Counted from the first letter of the stretch, positions 41,684-51,266 are shown. The stretch is 64,000 nucleotides of DNA from Candidatus Dormiibacterota bacterium (GCA_036828955.1 DAISRJ010000002.1:9342-73341); one strand, 5' to 3'. Numbers and translations: made by a program. Notes: a model not told the origin generated them from the sequence alone.

Positions 41684-42361
41684 TCAGCCCGGCGCCTCCC
41701 TGCGCACCGCGAGGATGCCGGCCGCGGGGCTCCACGCCCTCGAGCCGGTGACCCTGTCGAGCGCGGCGACCGTGGACTGCGCGTCGGCGTCGGAGACCAA
41801 CGCCCAGAGTGTTCCGCCCGGGCGCAACAGTGGCGCCGACAGCCGCCACAGCAGCGGTGGAGGAGCGGCGGCGCGCGACACCACGACGTCGTAGGCCTCG
41901 TGGTGGACGGGGTCGGCGCCCAGTTCCTCGGCACGGCGCGCGGCGACGCTGACGTTGGCAAGCTCGAGGAGGCCGCAGACGTGCACGAGGAACCCGGCCT
42001 TGCGCCGATCGGACTCGACCAGGGTCATCGAGACGTCGGGACGGAGGACGGCGACGACCACCCCCGGGATGCCCCCACCCGAGCCCAGGTCGGCGCACCG
42101 GCTACCCTCGGCAAGGGCTGCTGCGTCGAGCAGGGCCACCGTCTCGCCGACATGTCGATCCCACGCCCGGTCGCGGGGCACCGAGGTCAGGTTGAGGCGC
42201 CTTGTCCAGCGGTCGAGCTCATCGAGATGGCGCTCGATCAGCGCGCGCTGCGGAGTGCTGGGGGGACCCTGTGACACGCTCGCGACCGTACGACACGGCG
42301 TCCCGGACCGGCCCGGACGGGGCCGCGAGCAGGCAGTGAGTCGCGCGCCGGCCGTCGCCAT
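41684..42361 (-). CDS. rsmG: 16S rRNA (guanine527-N7)-methyltransferase RsmG/GidB
   Basis: SAM-binding DLGSGGGIPGVVVA. The N-terminal start is uncertain because the first 30 aa look like non-coding read-through. Confidence 0.75.
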   Translation of the reverse strand: MATAGARLTACSRPRPGRSGTPCRTVASVSQGPPSTPQRALIERHLDELDRWTRRLNLTSVPRDRAWDRHVGETVALLDAAALAEGSRCADLGSGGGIPGVVVAVLRPDVSMTLVESDRRKAGFLVHVCGLLELANVSVAARRAEELGADPVHHEAYDVVVSRAAAPPPLLWRLSAPLLRPGGTLWALVSDADAQSTVAALDRVTGSRAWSPAAGILAVRREAPG

Positions 42362-42364
42362 GCC

Positions 42365-42595
42365 ATGATGTCAGCCAGCTTGCAGAGTCGCCCACGCGCG
42401 GAGATGGCAATGACGACCTTGGACACGTGCCCCCGGTGCCGCGCGGAACGCCTGGCAGTCGTCTACTTCGACGCCAACAACGAGCCCATCGGCGGTCACA
42501 TCCAGTGCCCTGACTGCGGTCCACGGCACTCCGAGGAGCTGACCTTCCAGACCACCACCGTCAGCGACACACTCCTCGAGCGCAAGGCCTCCTAG
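42365..42595 (+). CDS. Small zinc-ribbon protein (CxxC-X18-CxxC)
   Basis: CPRC...CPDC with high GC3 throughout. The likely real start is the internal MAMTTL (about 42404-42410). A strong GC hairpin follows the stop. Confidence 0.45.
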   Translation: MMSASLQSRPRAEMAMTTLDTCPRCRAERLAVVYFDANNEPIGGHIQCPDCGPRHSEELTFQTTTVSDTLLERKAS

Positions 42596-42698
42596 AGCGC
42601 CCGGGGCTCCGCCCGGCGGAGCCTCTGACCACCGCGCAACGGTCCCGTGACGGCGCTGTGACGTCGTCAGGGCTGCATGGCATGGCTGGCACAGTCTC

Positions 42699-43895
42699 GT
42701 GGTGCACCTCACCATCCGTCGTCGCACGCTCGCGATCGGGCTGCTGGCCGTCGCCCTGACGGCGGTCGCGCTCCCGGCGGATGCCGCCGGACCCTCGAAC
42801 GTCGCCGCCGCTCAGCAGAGGCTGGCCCAGGCCGAGGAGCAGGCCCGCCAGGCGAGCACCGCCCTGGGTGCCGCCCAGCAGCAGCTTGCCGGCGCCCAGG
42901 CTCAGCTGGCCGCTGTGCAGGCCCGGGTTGCCGGCCTCGACAGGACGGTGGCCACGGACACCGCTCGACTGGCCGCGCTCGACCTCGAGGTGAGCCAGGA
43001 CAAGACGGAGCTCGCCGCCTATGTGCGCAGCGTCTACAAGTCGGGCGGCCAGGAGGGCGCGCTGGCCTACGTCGTCGCCGCGTCCGACATCGGGGAGGTG
43101 TTCCAGCGAGTCGCCGAGATGGACCGGGTCGACCAGGCCGGCAAGATCCTGCTCCACCGCATGGCGGATGCGCAGACGGCGGCCCACCGGGCGCTCGTGG
43201 ACGCCGATGCAGCCCGTGCGGAGGCGCAGGTCGCAAGCCGGCAGGCGGCGACGGCCGAGGCCGTGGTCGCCATCGAGACCGCCCAGCTCCAAACCGCATC
43301 GGTCGCCGCCAACGGCCACGTGACCACGGCCGCGCACCAGCTGTCGGCGGCGCAGGCGGCGGCCGCCAGGCAGGCCGCGGCCGAGGCGGCTGCCGCCGCA
43401 GCGGCAGCGGCGGCTGCGCGCAACACCGGCACCATCTACACCCCGGTGCCCGGAGCGACGTTCACCATCGACACCGACCTGACCAGGCCCTCCGGCGAGA
43501 CGGCCGCCACCCTCAACGCCTTCCTGAGTGGGAGCGCGCTCGCCGGCCTCGGCGCCAGCTTCATGAACGCCGAGTCCACCGAACACGTCAGCGCCAGGTA
43601 CTTCGTCGCCCACGCCATCCTCGAGTCCGCGTGGGGCACCAGCGCGATCGCGCAGAACAAGCACAACCTCTTCGGCTACGGCGCCAACGACGCCAATCCC
43701 TACGGCGACGCGGTCAGCTTCTCGAGCTTCGACGCCTGCATCCAGTTCGTCGCCCAAAGGGTGGCCCAGGACTACCTCTCGAGCAGCGGCGCCTTCTACC
43801 ATGGCCCCACACTGCGGGGCATGAACGTGGACTATGCAAGCGACCCGCTGTGGGCGTCGAAGATCGCGAGCATCGCCGACACAATCCCCGGCTGA
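42699..43895 (+). CDS. Secreted peptidoglycan hydrolase: N-terminal coiled-coil + C-terminal glucosaminidase (GH73/FlgJ-like) domain
   Basis: Signal peptide, about 230 aa of Ala/Gln-rich coiled-coil, then the Glucosaminidase domain FVAHAILESAWGTSAIAQNKHNLFGY. Confidence 0.75.
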   Translation: MVHLTIRRRTLAIGLLAVALTAVALPADAAGPSNVAAAQQRLAQAEEQARQASTALGAAQQQLAGAQAQLAAVQARVAGLDRTVATDTARLAALDLEVSQDKTELAAYVRSVYKSGGQEGALAYVVAASDIGEVFQRVAEMDRVDQAGKILLHRMADAQTAAHRALVDADAARAEAQVASRQAATAEAVVAIETAQLQTASVAANGHVTTAAHQLSAAQAAAARQAAAEAAAAAAAAAAARNTGTIYTPVPGATFTIDTDLTRPSGETAATLNAFLSGSALAGLGASFMNAESTEHVSARYFVAHAILESAWGTSAIAQNKHNLFGYGANDANPYGDAVSFSSFDACIQFVAQRVAQDYLSSSGAFYHGPTLRGMNVDYASDPLWASKIASIADTIPG

Positions 43896-43906
43896 CCGCC
43901 GTCCCG

Positions 43907-45622
43907 GTGCAGCACGCCATCGGGGAGCACGCGCTCCTTGCCGACGGCCGTACCGCCGCTCTCGTCGATCCCGGGGGCAACATCGCCTGGCTGTGCTGGC
44001 CGCGCATCGACTCGGCGCCGTGCCTTCTGTCGATCCTCGACGACGTCGTCGGTGGCTGCTTCCGGGTGGCGCCGTCCGACCCCGCCGCGGTGGTGGTGGC
44101 GCGCGATTACGTCCCCGGCACGCTGATCCTGCGGACGGTGTGGCGGGTCGGTGGGGACGAGCTCACCGTCCTCGACGCCCTGGCGTGGGACGGCGAGCCG
44201 CGCCTGCTGCGCAGCATGAGCGCCCGGGGCAGCGTCGAGGTCGCGGTCACGCTGGCGCTGGCCCCTGACGCCGCGCTCGCGACTGCTCGAGTGGCGCCCC
44301 ACGGCCACGCGCTGCGGGTGACCGGGGGTGGCCTGGACGTCGCCGTGCACGCGCCCGGTCCCTGGAGCGCGGACGATGCCGGGGTCGCGACCTGCCTCAT
44401 ACGCGTTGGCCCCGAGGAAGCTGCCGTGGTGCTCTGTGGCGGCGGCGCCGTCCCCTCGGCGTCGCTCGCGGCGACGCGGCAGTGGTTCGCCGCGACCGTC
44501 CCCGCGGCCGCGGAGCTGCGCCCCAACGGCCTCGCCGTCGCCACCCTCGGGGAGTCGACGGCGCAGGAGTTGATGCGGCGCAGCGCGGTCGTGCTGACCG
44601 CCCTCCACCAGCGCGGCGGAGGCATCGTGGCCGCGCCGACCACGTCGCTGCCGCAATGGCCGGGTGGCTCGCGCACCTGGGACTACCGCTACAGCTGGCT
44701 GCGCGACACGGCCCTCGCCGGCCTGGGCATGCTGCGCCTCGGGCTTGTCGCCAATGCCACAGCTCTCGGCGATTTCCTGGGGGCTGCCACCGTCGCCCTG
44801 CCGCCGGCCGTGCTGGTGCGCGTCGACGGCACCACACCTCCGGAGGAACGCACCCTCGCCCACCTCCGCGGCCATGGCGGGGCGCGCCCGGTGCGCATCG
44901 GCAACGCCGCCTCCGACCAGCCGCAGCTCGACGTCGCCGGTGAGGTGCTCGAATTCGCCGCGGCGCTGGCGGCACGTGACGTGCTGCCCCCGGCCCTCGG
45001 CGCCGGGGTCACCCGCGTCGCCGACTGGACAGCGGAGCATTGGACGCGAGCCGACCACGGCATCTGGGAGATCCGCGGCAGCCCGCGGCGTTACACCCAC
45101 TCCCGCGTCGCCGCCTGGGCGGGCCTGGCTCACGCCGCCGACCTTGGCGCTCGCGGGGTGGTGCGCGGCGATGCCGAGCGATGGCGGGAGACCGCTGCCG
45201 CCATCCGCGCGGATGTCCTCCGCGGCGAGGGTGCGCTGACCCTCCACGACCACGGCGGCGGCCCGGATGCCGCCCTTGCCCAGGCGGTGATCTTCGGCCT
45301 GTTCGACGACGGCGACGCCCGCGCCGACAGGACCCTCGACGCCATCCTCACAGCGCTCGACAACGATGGTCTCGTCGAGCGCCATGTGCCCGCGGAGGAC
45401 AGCGGCAGCGACCCCTGTGCGCCCTTCGTGTTCCCCACCTTCTGGGTGGCCGAGGCGCTGCAGAGGCGCGGTCGCGACGGCTCACGGCAGTTCGCCGCCG
45501 CGGCGGCGTCGCGGGGGGCGCTGGGGCTCTTCGGCGAGGTCGCCGACCCCGTCGACCACGCTCCGCTGGGCAACTACCCCCAGGTGCAGAGCCACGCCGC
45601 GTTCGTGATGGCCGCCGGCTAG
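43907..45622 (+). CDS. Glycoside hydrolase family 15 (glucoamylase/trehalase-like)
   Basis: GTG start in frame with track ORF 42677, whose upstream part overlaps the glucosaminidase gene and is rejected. (alpha/alpha)6 catalytic domain with YRYSWLRD-type motifs. Confidence 0.8.
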   Translation: MQHAIGEHALLADGRTAALVDPGGNIAWLCWPRIDSAPCLLSILDDVVGGCFRVAPSDPAAVVVARDYVPGTLILRTVWRVGGDELTVLDALAWDGEPRLLRSMSARGSVEVAVTLALAPDAALATARVAPHGHALRVTGGGLDVAVHAPGPWSADDAGVATCLIRVGPEEAAVVLCGGGAVPSASLAATRQWFAATVPAAAELRPNGLAVATLGESTAQELMRRSAVVLTALHQRGGGIVAAPTTSLPQWPGGSRTWDYRYSWLRDTALAGLGMLRLGLVANATALGDFLGAATVALPPAVLVRVDGTTPPEERTLAHLRGHGGARPVRIGNAASDQPQLDVAGEVLEFAAALAARDVLPPALGAGVTRVADWTAEHWTRADHGIWEIRGSPRRYTHSRVAAWAGLAHAADLGARGVVRGDAERWRETAAAIRADVLRGEGALTLHDHGGGPDAALAQAVIFGLFDDGDARADRTLDAILTALDNDGLVERHVPAEDSGSDPCAPFVFPTFWVAEALQRRGRDGSRQFAAAAASRGALGLFGEVADPVDHAPLGNYPQVQSHAAFVMAAG

Positions 45623-45629
45623 GGCCGCA

Positions 45630-46463
45630 CTACGCTGGGGCGAGAAGCCCACCGGTGCGGACCACCTCGATACCGCGCTCCTCGAGGCCGGCGACGATGA
45701 CGTTGATGCCGATGCTGTCGCTGGGCATGTGGCCGGTGATCACCACAGCCCTCGTCTCGTCGATGGTGGCGCGGAGCTGCTGGAGATCGGACTCGTCGAT
45801 GTGCATGGCGAAGATTGTGTTGACGCCCACTCGGAAGTACTCGCTGAACACGGGGAATCCGCCGTTGGTGCCGCCCGCGATGGCCACCGTCCAGCGGCCC
45901 AGCCGGTTGCGTATCGACCCAGCCCACACCTCTGGCCGGGCATGACCGCGCCGGTACTCGGCGAACTCCTCGTTGAGCCAGTCGACGGCGTCGGAGACGC
46001 TGCTGGCGGCCTCGGCCCGGCGCCGCAACAGCTCGACGATCGCGTTGCGAGTGATCATGTCGGCGGCGAGGTGCACGTTGCAGAGCGGCATGCCGACGAG
46101 CCGCGCGCCATCGACCAGAGCGTTGACGTTGCTGACGTGGAGCCGTCGCCCGATCGCCGCCAGCCGCGCGGCGACGGCGTTCTCGGCGACGTCTCGGGCG
46201 ATCCCCTCCGCGCCCATCTGGTCGACCTGGCGGCGCACCACCTCCGTCAGCCGCGTCCGGGCGGTGTCGCCGAGCGGGTGATGGGCGATGACGGCGTCAA
46301 ACCCGTTCTGCTGCGCCCAGATCACCTCGGCAAGCGAGATGTCGATGCCGAAGAGGACGCGGTGCACATCCGTCAGCGCTTCGACGTACACCTGCGAATC
46401 GGCGGGGACGTCGTCGAAGCCGGCGAGGTGGGCCGACCAGGTGAGGATGTCCGCGAGGTTCAC
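45630..46463 (-). CDS. Nif3-family dinuclear metal centre protein (YqfO/GTP cyclohydrolase 1 type 2 homolog)
   Basis: 277 aa with conserved His/Glu metal ligands of the NIF3 family. Confidence 0.85.
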   Translation of the reverse strand: MNLADILTWSAHLAGFDDVPADSQVYVEALTDVHRVLFGIDISLAEVIWAQQNGFDAVIAHHPLGDTARTRLTEVVRRQVDQMGAEGIARDVAENAVAARLAAIGRRLHVSNVNALVDGARLVGMPLCNVHLAADMITRNAIVELLRRRAEAASSVSDAVDWLNEEFAEYRRGHARPEVWAGSIRNRLGRWTVAIAGGTNGGFPVFSEYFRVGVNTIFAMHIDESDLQQLRATIDETRAVVITGHMPSDSIGINVIVAGLEERGIEVVRTGGLLAPA

Positions 46464-46498
46464 GGGCAGATTCTAGGAGGCTGCTGCCGCCGCCCCGG

Positions 46499-47170
46499 TC
46501 ACGCGCAGGTCGACGCGGTGGCGCTGACACCGGGACGGTGGAAGCCGACATGGACGCCGTCGGGCCTCACCGCGACGCAATCCAGGGACTGCGACAGCGC
46601 CTTCAGTGCGAGGTTGGAGGCGAACAGGGCGGTCAGGTTGAGGGTGTCAGATCCGCGCGGGTCGAGGCGGTCGCCGACAAAGCCCGGCAGGCCGAGCTGG
46701 CCGACGGCGAAATCGATGACCTGGGCGGTCAGTTGCGCTCCAGCAGTGGTTGTGCGCACGACCAGCGCGAACCTGGCCACGGCGGTGACGCCGAACGGCC
46801 CAACGTCGGTGTTGGCGGACACGACGATGTCGCCGTTGCGCACCCGCGCCTGGGGATTCCGGAAGCGGTTCGGGGAGGGGTTGCGCGCCAAGGCGATGAC
46901 CGTGAGGTCACGCTCGCTCAGCGTCACCGAGGCGTGCTCCGCGTTGAGAAGCTCGCTCGAGGCCGCGCCTGCGAGGGTGGCCGCGATGACCACCTCGCTG
47001 CTGCCGTGCGACGGTCCCCGGGGCGCCCCGCCGAGGTTGGGGGCGGCGAGCACCCTCTGGCCGAGGATGACGGTGGCCGCGACCAGGCCCGCGAGCAGCA
47101 CCAGCCCGAGGCAGCAGCCGCGGACAAGCCCGGTCTCACCCGGGCGCGACCGTCCGAGCCGATGGGTCAT
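46499..47170 (-). CDS. Hypothetical membrane-anchored/exported protein
   Basis: Start at MTHRLGRSRPGETGLVRGCCLGLVLLAGLVAATVIL (N-terminal TM/signal anchor), about 223 aa. It sits between the acylase and nif3 on the same strand. Confidence 0.5.
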   Translation of the reverse strand: MTHRLGRSRPGETGLVRGCCLGLVLLAGLVAATVILGQRVLAAPNLGGAPRGPSHGSSEVVIAATLAGAASSELLNAEHASVTLSERDLTVIALARNPSPNRFRNPQARVRNGDIVVSANTDVGPFGVTAVARFALVVRTTTAGAQLTAQVIDFAVGQLGLPGFVGDRLDPRGSDTLNLTALFASNLALKALSQSLDCVAVRPDGVHVGFHRPGVSATASTCA

Positions 47171-47183
47171 GACCCGCTCACCG

Positions 47184-49607
47184 TCAACGCGACTGCCGCG
47201 AGATGAGCCCGCGTTCGCGGGGCACGAGGCGCAGGCGACGGCGGCCGGCGAAGGCGGCGTCACCCCAGGCGAGCAGGAACTGCCGGTTGGTCAGCCACCG
47301 CTTGGAGAGATCGTGGTGGTGGCGCGAGGCACGGTGCCCCGACTGACCGGGGTAGAGCACGCCGGTGCAACCGCTGTCCCAGTTGCCCACGTCCATCACC
47401 TGGCGCCACGACGGGGCGAAGAGCGTGGTCGCGAAGCCGTGGCCGGGCCGGTGGGCGGTGGCCATGACGCTGTCGACGCCGCCGCCCACGGCCAGGCTGG
47501 GGGCGTTGAGGAGTGGTCGCAGCAGCCGGCGTGAGGCCAGAGGATGGCGCAGGTGGATGCGGTGGGCGCGCCCCCAGCGCCAGCCGCGCTGCGAGCCCAG
47601 CCTGGCGCGGAGGTCGGCGACGGCGTCCTCCATCGCGTCGGCCGCGACCTCCTTCCAGGTCGTGTGCCCGTCGAAGATGCTCTCGTCGCCCGCCGCCCAT
47701 CGCTCCACGAGGAGGGGGGTGGCCCGGCCCGAGAGGCTCCCCGGATACTCGAAGACGGGGCTGCCGAGGTCCACGCCCGCGGCGATCCCCCAGGCGTCCC
47801 CGCAGAGCGGCCGAAGTGCGCGCTCGGCGAGGCGCAACATGAACGCCTCGTACACGGTGGGCTCGATGAGGTCGGGCGCCATCCGGCCGTCCCAGGCGGC
47901 GAGGCGGAGGCGCATTCTCTCGGCGAGCTCGAGCGTGCAGGTGACCCCCTCGAGCAGGGCGGCCACCTGCGCCGCCGGCGGCGACACCAGGTCCATCTGC
48001 ACGGTGCGCATGTAGGCCACGTCCATGCCGGTGCGGTCGAGCAGCTCCTCGAGCCGGCGGGCGCGGTATCCCGCCATGTAGTCGTCGGCGATGTAGAAGG
48101 GGTACCTGTCGCTGACGATGCGGTTGTTGGCCGTGACCAGCATGCCGTTGGGCGGGTCGAACGCCTGGGGGACCTCGTCCACGGTGAGGAAGCGCTCCCA
48201 GAGGACGCCACCGTCCCAGCCAGGCTCGGGCAGGCCCGACGGGCGGCGCCGGCGCATCGGGACACGGCCGCCGCAGAAGTAGCCGATGTGCCCATCCACG
48301 TCTGCGTACACGGCGTTCTGCGAGGGGGCGTCGAGCGTGGCGAACGCGTTGCGGAAGCTGTTCCAGTCGGTGGCGCGCTGCAGGCTGAGCACGGTCTGGG
48401 CGGCGCAGGCCGGGGTCAGCGCCGTCCATTGCAGGGCGAGGCCCAGCCAGCGCCCGGTGGCGACGTCGTCACAGCGCTCGACCACCGGCCCGTGCCGGGT
48501 GATGATCACCTCCTCGACCTCGTCGGGCAGTCCCCGCACATGGATGATCTCGCGCACGACCTGCGACTCGGCCCAGCCGCGCTCGGTGCGGAACCGGGTG
48601 GCGGCGGGCGCGTCGAACTGCTCCACCACGAGGTCCTGCGAGTCCACGCACGAGTTGGTGTAGCCCCAGGCGATGCGCCGGTTGTGGCCGATCAGCGGGA
48701 AGGGATTCCCTGAGAAGGTGACCCCGGTCGTCTCGAAGTCGTCGCCGGCGCGGATGTGGGCCGCGAACCACATCGCTGGCACCGACGGCTCGAGGTGGGG
48801 GTCGTTGCAGAGCATGGCCCGGCCTGTGGAGGTGCGCGACGGCGCCACCACCCAGGAGTTGCTCGCGCCCGTTGCGCTGGGCAGCCAGCGTGCCGCCTGC
48901 TGGTAGAGGGCCAGCATCGCCTCGCCGGCGCGCGGGCCGGCGCTGGCGGCTGTGGCGGCCAGGATGGTGGGGTTGGCGTCCGGGTACACGAGGTCGAGCC
49001 GGGCGGCGGTCTCCGGTCCCACCTCGCGCAGCAGTCGCAGCCGCTGCACCTCACTGTCCCAGTTGAGGCTGAGGCCGAGGGCGAGGAGCTTGGCGCAGGC
49101 GATGCTGTCCACCGGCTTCCAGGGCTCCGGGCGGATGTGGAGCAGCGAGAACTCCAGGGGGAGCCGGCGGCCGCTGGTGATCACGGTGTTGACCCCCGCC
49201 GCGTAGGCCTCGAGCATCGCCCGTGCGTCGCCCTCGAGGAGGTCCGCCTCCTCGGCCGCGATGCGGCGAAGGCCCACGCGGCGCAGGAACCTGTCGGCGT
49301 CGAGGCCCTCGACGCCGGCGATCTCGCTGACTCGGCCAGCGGCGACACGGCGCGTGACATCGAGCTGCCAGAGACGCTCCTGGGCGTGGACAACGCCCAT
49401 GGCAAAGGCCGCGTCCTCCATCGAGGTCGCGTCGACGTGGGCCACGCCGAAGCGGTCGCGCACGATGCTTGCCGGCGCCCGGAGGTCGTCGACGCTGAGC
49501 GTTCCGCCGGTGCGCGGCAGGCGCGCTCGCAGGTTGGCGGCGATGACGGCGAGCGCCGTGAGGGCGGCCAGCAAGAGGCCTGCCATAACGATGGCGGCGA
49601 CGATCAA
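47184..49607 (-). CDS. Penicillin amidase / AHL acylase family (Ntn-hydrolase, S45)
   Basis: TTG start 5 nt after GGAGAG; the alternative ATG is at 49586. N-terminal signal/TM MAGLLLAALTALAVIAA, and alpha and beta subunit regions typical of penicillin-G-acylase-like proteins. Confidence 0.85.
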   Translation of the reverse strand: MIVAAIVMAGLLLAALTALAVIAANLRARLPRTGGTLSVDDLRAPASIVRDRFGVAHVDATSMEDAAFAMGVVHAQERLWQLDVTRRVAAGRVSEIAGVEGLDADRFLRRVGLRRIAAEEADLLEGDARAMLEAYAAGVNTVITSGRRLPLEFSLLHIRPEPWKPVDSIACAKLLALGLSLNWDSEVQRLRLLREVGPETAARLDLVYPDANPTILAATAASAGPRAGEAMLALYQQAARWLPSATGASNSWVVAPSRTSTGRAMLCNDPHLEPSVPAMWFAAHIRAGDDFETTGVTFSGNPFPLIGHNRRIAWGYTNSCVDSQDLVVEQFDAPAATRFRTERGWAESQVVREIIHVRGLPDEVEEVIITRHGPVVERCDDVATGRWLGLALQWTALTPACAAQTVLSLQRATDWNSFRNAFATLDAPSQNAVYADVDGHIGYFCGGRVPMRRRRPSGLPEPGWDGGVLWERFLTVDEVPQAFDPPNGMLVTANNRIVSDRYPFYIADDYMAGYRARRLEELLDRTGMDVAYMRTVQMDLVSPPAAQVAALLEGVTCTLELAERMRLRLAAWDGRMAPDLIEPTVYEAFMLRLAERALRPLCGDAWGIAAGVDLGSPVFEYPGSLSGRATPLLVERWAAGDESIFDGHTTWKEVAADAMEDAVADLRARLGSQRGWRWGRAHRIHLRHPLASRRLLRPLLNAPSLAVGGGVDSVMATAHRPGHGFATTLFAPSWRQVMDVGNWDSGCTGVLYPGQSGHRASRHHHDLSKRWLTNRQFLLAWGDAAFAGRRRLRLVPRERGLISRQSR

Positions 49608-49702
49608 CCGGCTCTCCTCTTCCGATTCCGACGCGTTGGGACGGCAGGCGCCAGCGACGGCTTCCACCGGGGCGGCACCGAGTCCGTACACTCGCACGCC
49701 TG

Positions 49703-50824
49703 ATGGGCCGTCGCACGCCACTCTACGACCGCCACGTGGCCGCCGGGGCCCGGATGGTCGATTTCGCGGGCTACGACATGCCTCTGCAATACAGCGGGAT
49801 CCGCGACGAGCACGTCGGCGTTCGCGAGCGCGCGGGGATCTTCGATGTCAGCCACATGGGCGAGGTCGCCGTCAACGGCCCCGGAGCTCCCGACTTCGTG
49901 CAGCGGCTGGTGACCAACGACGTGGGCCGCCTGGTGCCCAACCAGCTCCTCTACTCGGTGATGTGCAACGAGCGCGGGGGCATCGTCGACGACGTCATCG
50001 TCATGCGCGGTAACAGGGACAACCACTTCATCATCGTCGTCAACGCGTCGACGCGTGAGAAGGACGTCGCCTGGATGCACGAGCACGCCGGCAGCGACGT
50101 CGAGGTCACAGACATCAGCGACGAGATCGCGCTCATCGCCGTGCAGGGACCGCACGCCGCCGACATCCTCGAGCCGCTGGCCCGCATGGACGAGGGTGCT
50201 CCCGGCTTGCGCGAGCTGCGCCCGTTCTTCGCGACCGGCCTGTCGCTTGCGGGAGTGACGGATGCAGAGCGCCAGCGCATCTCGCGCACCGGGTACACCG
50301 GCGAGGACGGCTTCGAGATCTACATCGACTCGGAGCGCGCCGGGCAGGTGTGGGACGCCATCATCGAGGCCGGTGCCGCGCACGGGCTCCTTCCAGCGGG
50401 GCTCGGAGCGCGCGACACCCTGCGCCTCGAGGCCGGGTTGCGCCTGTACGGCCAGGACATGGACGACGACACCGACCCGTACAGCGTCGGCCTCGGCTGG
50501 ACGGTGAAGCTCGACAAGGGCGACTTCATCGGCGCGGCGGCGCTCCGCGAGCTCGGCGGGACCCCGCCGCGCCGCTTCGTCGGTCTCCGCCTCAGCCCGC
50601 GCACGATCGCCCGTCACGGCCAGACGGTCCTCCAGGACGGCCGCGAGATGGGCGTGGTGACCAGCGGCACGTACGGGTTCACGGTGGGCACGGCGGTGGC
50701 CACGGCGTCTGTGGACCCGGGCTTCGACCGGGACGGCGACGTCGCCGTCGACATCCGCGGAAACGTGGCGGCCGCCGAGATTGTGCCGCTGCCGTTCTAC
50801 AAACGACCAAAGGGAGATGGATGA
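49703..50824 (+). CDS. gcvT: Glycine cleavage system T protein (aminomethyltransferase)
   Basis: 373 aa with the GcvT fold (GYTGEDGFEI). Confidence 0.9.
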   Translation: MGRRTPLYDRHVAAGARMVDFAGYDMPLQYSGIRDEHVGVRERAGIFDVSHMGEVAVNGPGAPDFVQRLVTNDVGRLVPNQLLYSVMCNERGGIVDDVIVMRGNRDNHFIIVVNASTREKDVAWMHEHAGSDVEVTDISDEIALIAVQGPHAADILEPLARMDEGAPGLRELRPFFATGLSLAGVTDAERQRISRTGYTGEDGFEIYIDSERAGQVWDAIIEAGAAHGLLPAGLGARDTLRLEAGLRLYGQDMDDDTDPYSVGLGWTVKLDKGDFIGAAALRELGGTPPRRFVGLRLSPRTIARHGQTVLQDGREMGVVTSGTYGFTVGTAVATASVDPGFDRDGDVAVDIRGNVAAAEIVPLPFYKRPKGDG

Positions 50825-51199
50825 GTGGCCGACCTCAGCGAGTACCGCTTCACCGAGAGCCATGAGTGGGTGCACGTCGAGAGTGGCGTGGCCACCATCG
50901 GCATCAGCGACCACGCCCAGTCCGAGTTGGGCGACGTCATCTTCATCGAGCTGCCCGCAGTCGGCGTTGTCCTCAAGGCGGGCGACAAGTTCGGCACGAT
51001 CGAGTCGGTGAAGGCGGCCTCCGACCTGTACGCGCCCGTGGGCGGCACGGTCACCGGCGTCAACGACCAGCTGGCCGATGCACCGGAGCGCGTCAACGCC
51101 GACCCCTACGGCGAGGGCTGGATGATCCGCCTCAACCACGTCGACAACAACGCCGCGCTGCTCGACGAGGCCGGCTACCGCGCGATCGGGGGAAGCTGA
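50825..51199 (+). CDS. gcvH: Glycine cleavage system H protein
   Basis: Lipoyl-lysine motif ESVKAASD. The GTG start abuts the gcvT stop. Confidence 0.9.
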   Translation: MADLSEYRFTESHEWVHVESGVATIGISDHAQSELGDVIFIELPAVGVVLKAGDKFGTIESVKAASDLYAPVGGTVTGVNDQLADAPERVNADPYGEGWMIRLNHVDNNAALLDEAGYRAIGGS

Positions 51200-51207
51200 A
51201 GCTTCCC
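51190..51207 (+). terminator. Hairpin GGGAAGC-tgaa-GCTTCCC enclosing the gcvH stop codon
   Basis: 7-bp stem and 4-nt loop with the TGA in the loop. No U-tract, as is usual for high-GC actinobacterial terminators. Confidence 0.4.
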
Positions 51208-51208
51208 T

Positions 51209-51266
51209 CGCGAGCCGAACGGCGAGCCGGCGAAGCCTGCCCCGCGAGCCGAACGGCGAGCCGGCG
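51209..51266. repeat. Tandem direct repeat: 2 exact copies of a 24-nt unit CGCGAGCCGAACGGCGAGCCGGCG with a 10-nt spacer (34-nt period)
   Basis: Seen directly in the sequence. It is followed by the palindrome GGCGCGAT-tg-ATCGCGCC. Confidence 0.7.

Noticed and set aside
42677-45622. 981-aa single ORF in the track
   Set aside because: Its first 410 codons overlap the glucosaminidase gene in another frame and translate to low-complexity Arg/Gly text. Only the in-frame segment from the GTG at 43907 has GH15 features.
49608-49702. Glycine riboswitch upstream of gcvT
   Set aside because: Expected in many bacteria. The 95-nt spacer has no GGAGAG P1 start on the plus strand and no CUCUGGAGAG/GGCAAAAGGAC 3' core. 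Only a weak CACCGGGGCGGCA resemblance to the CACCGAAGGGGCAA segment exists, which is insufficient. The CTCTCC seen is the acylase gene's SD on the opposite strand.
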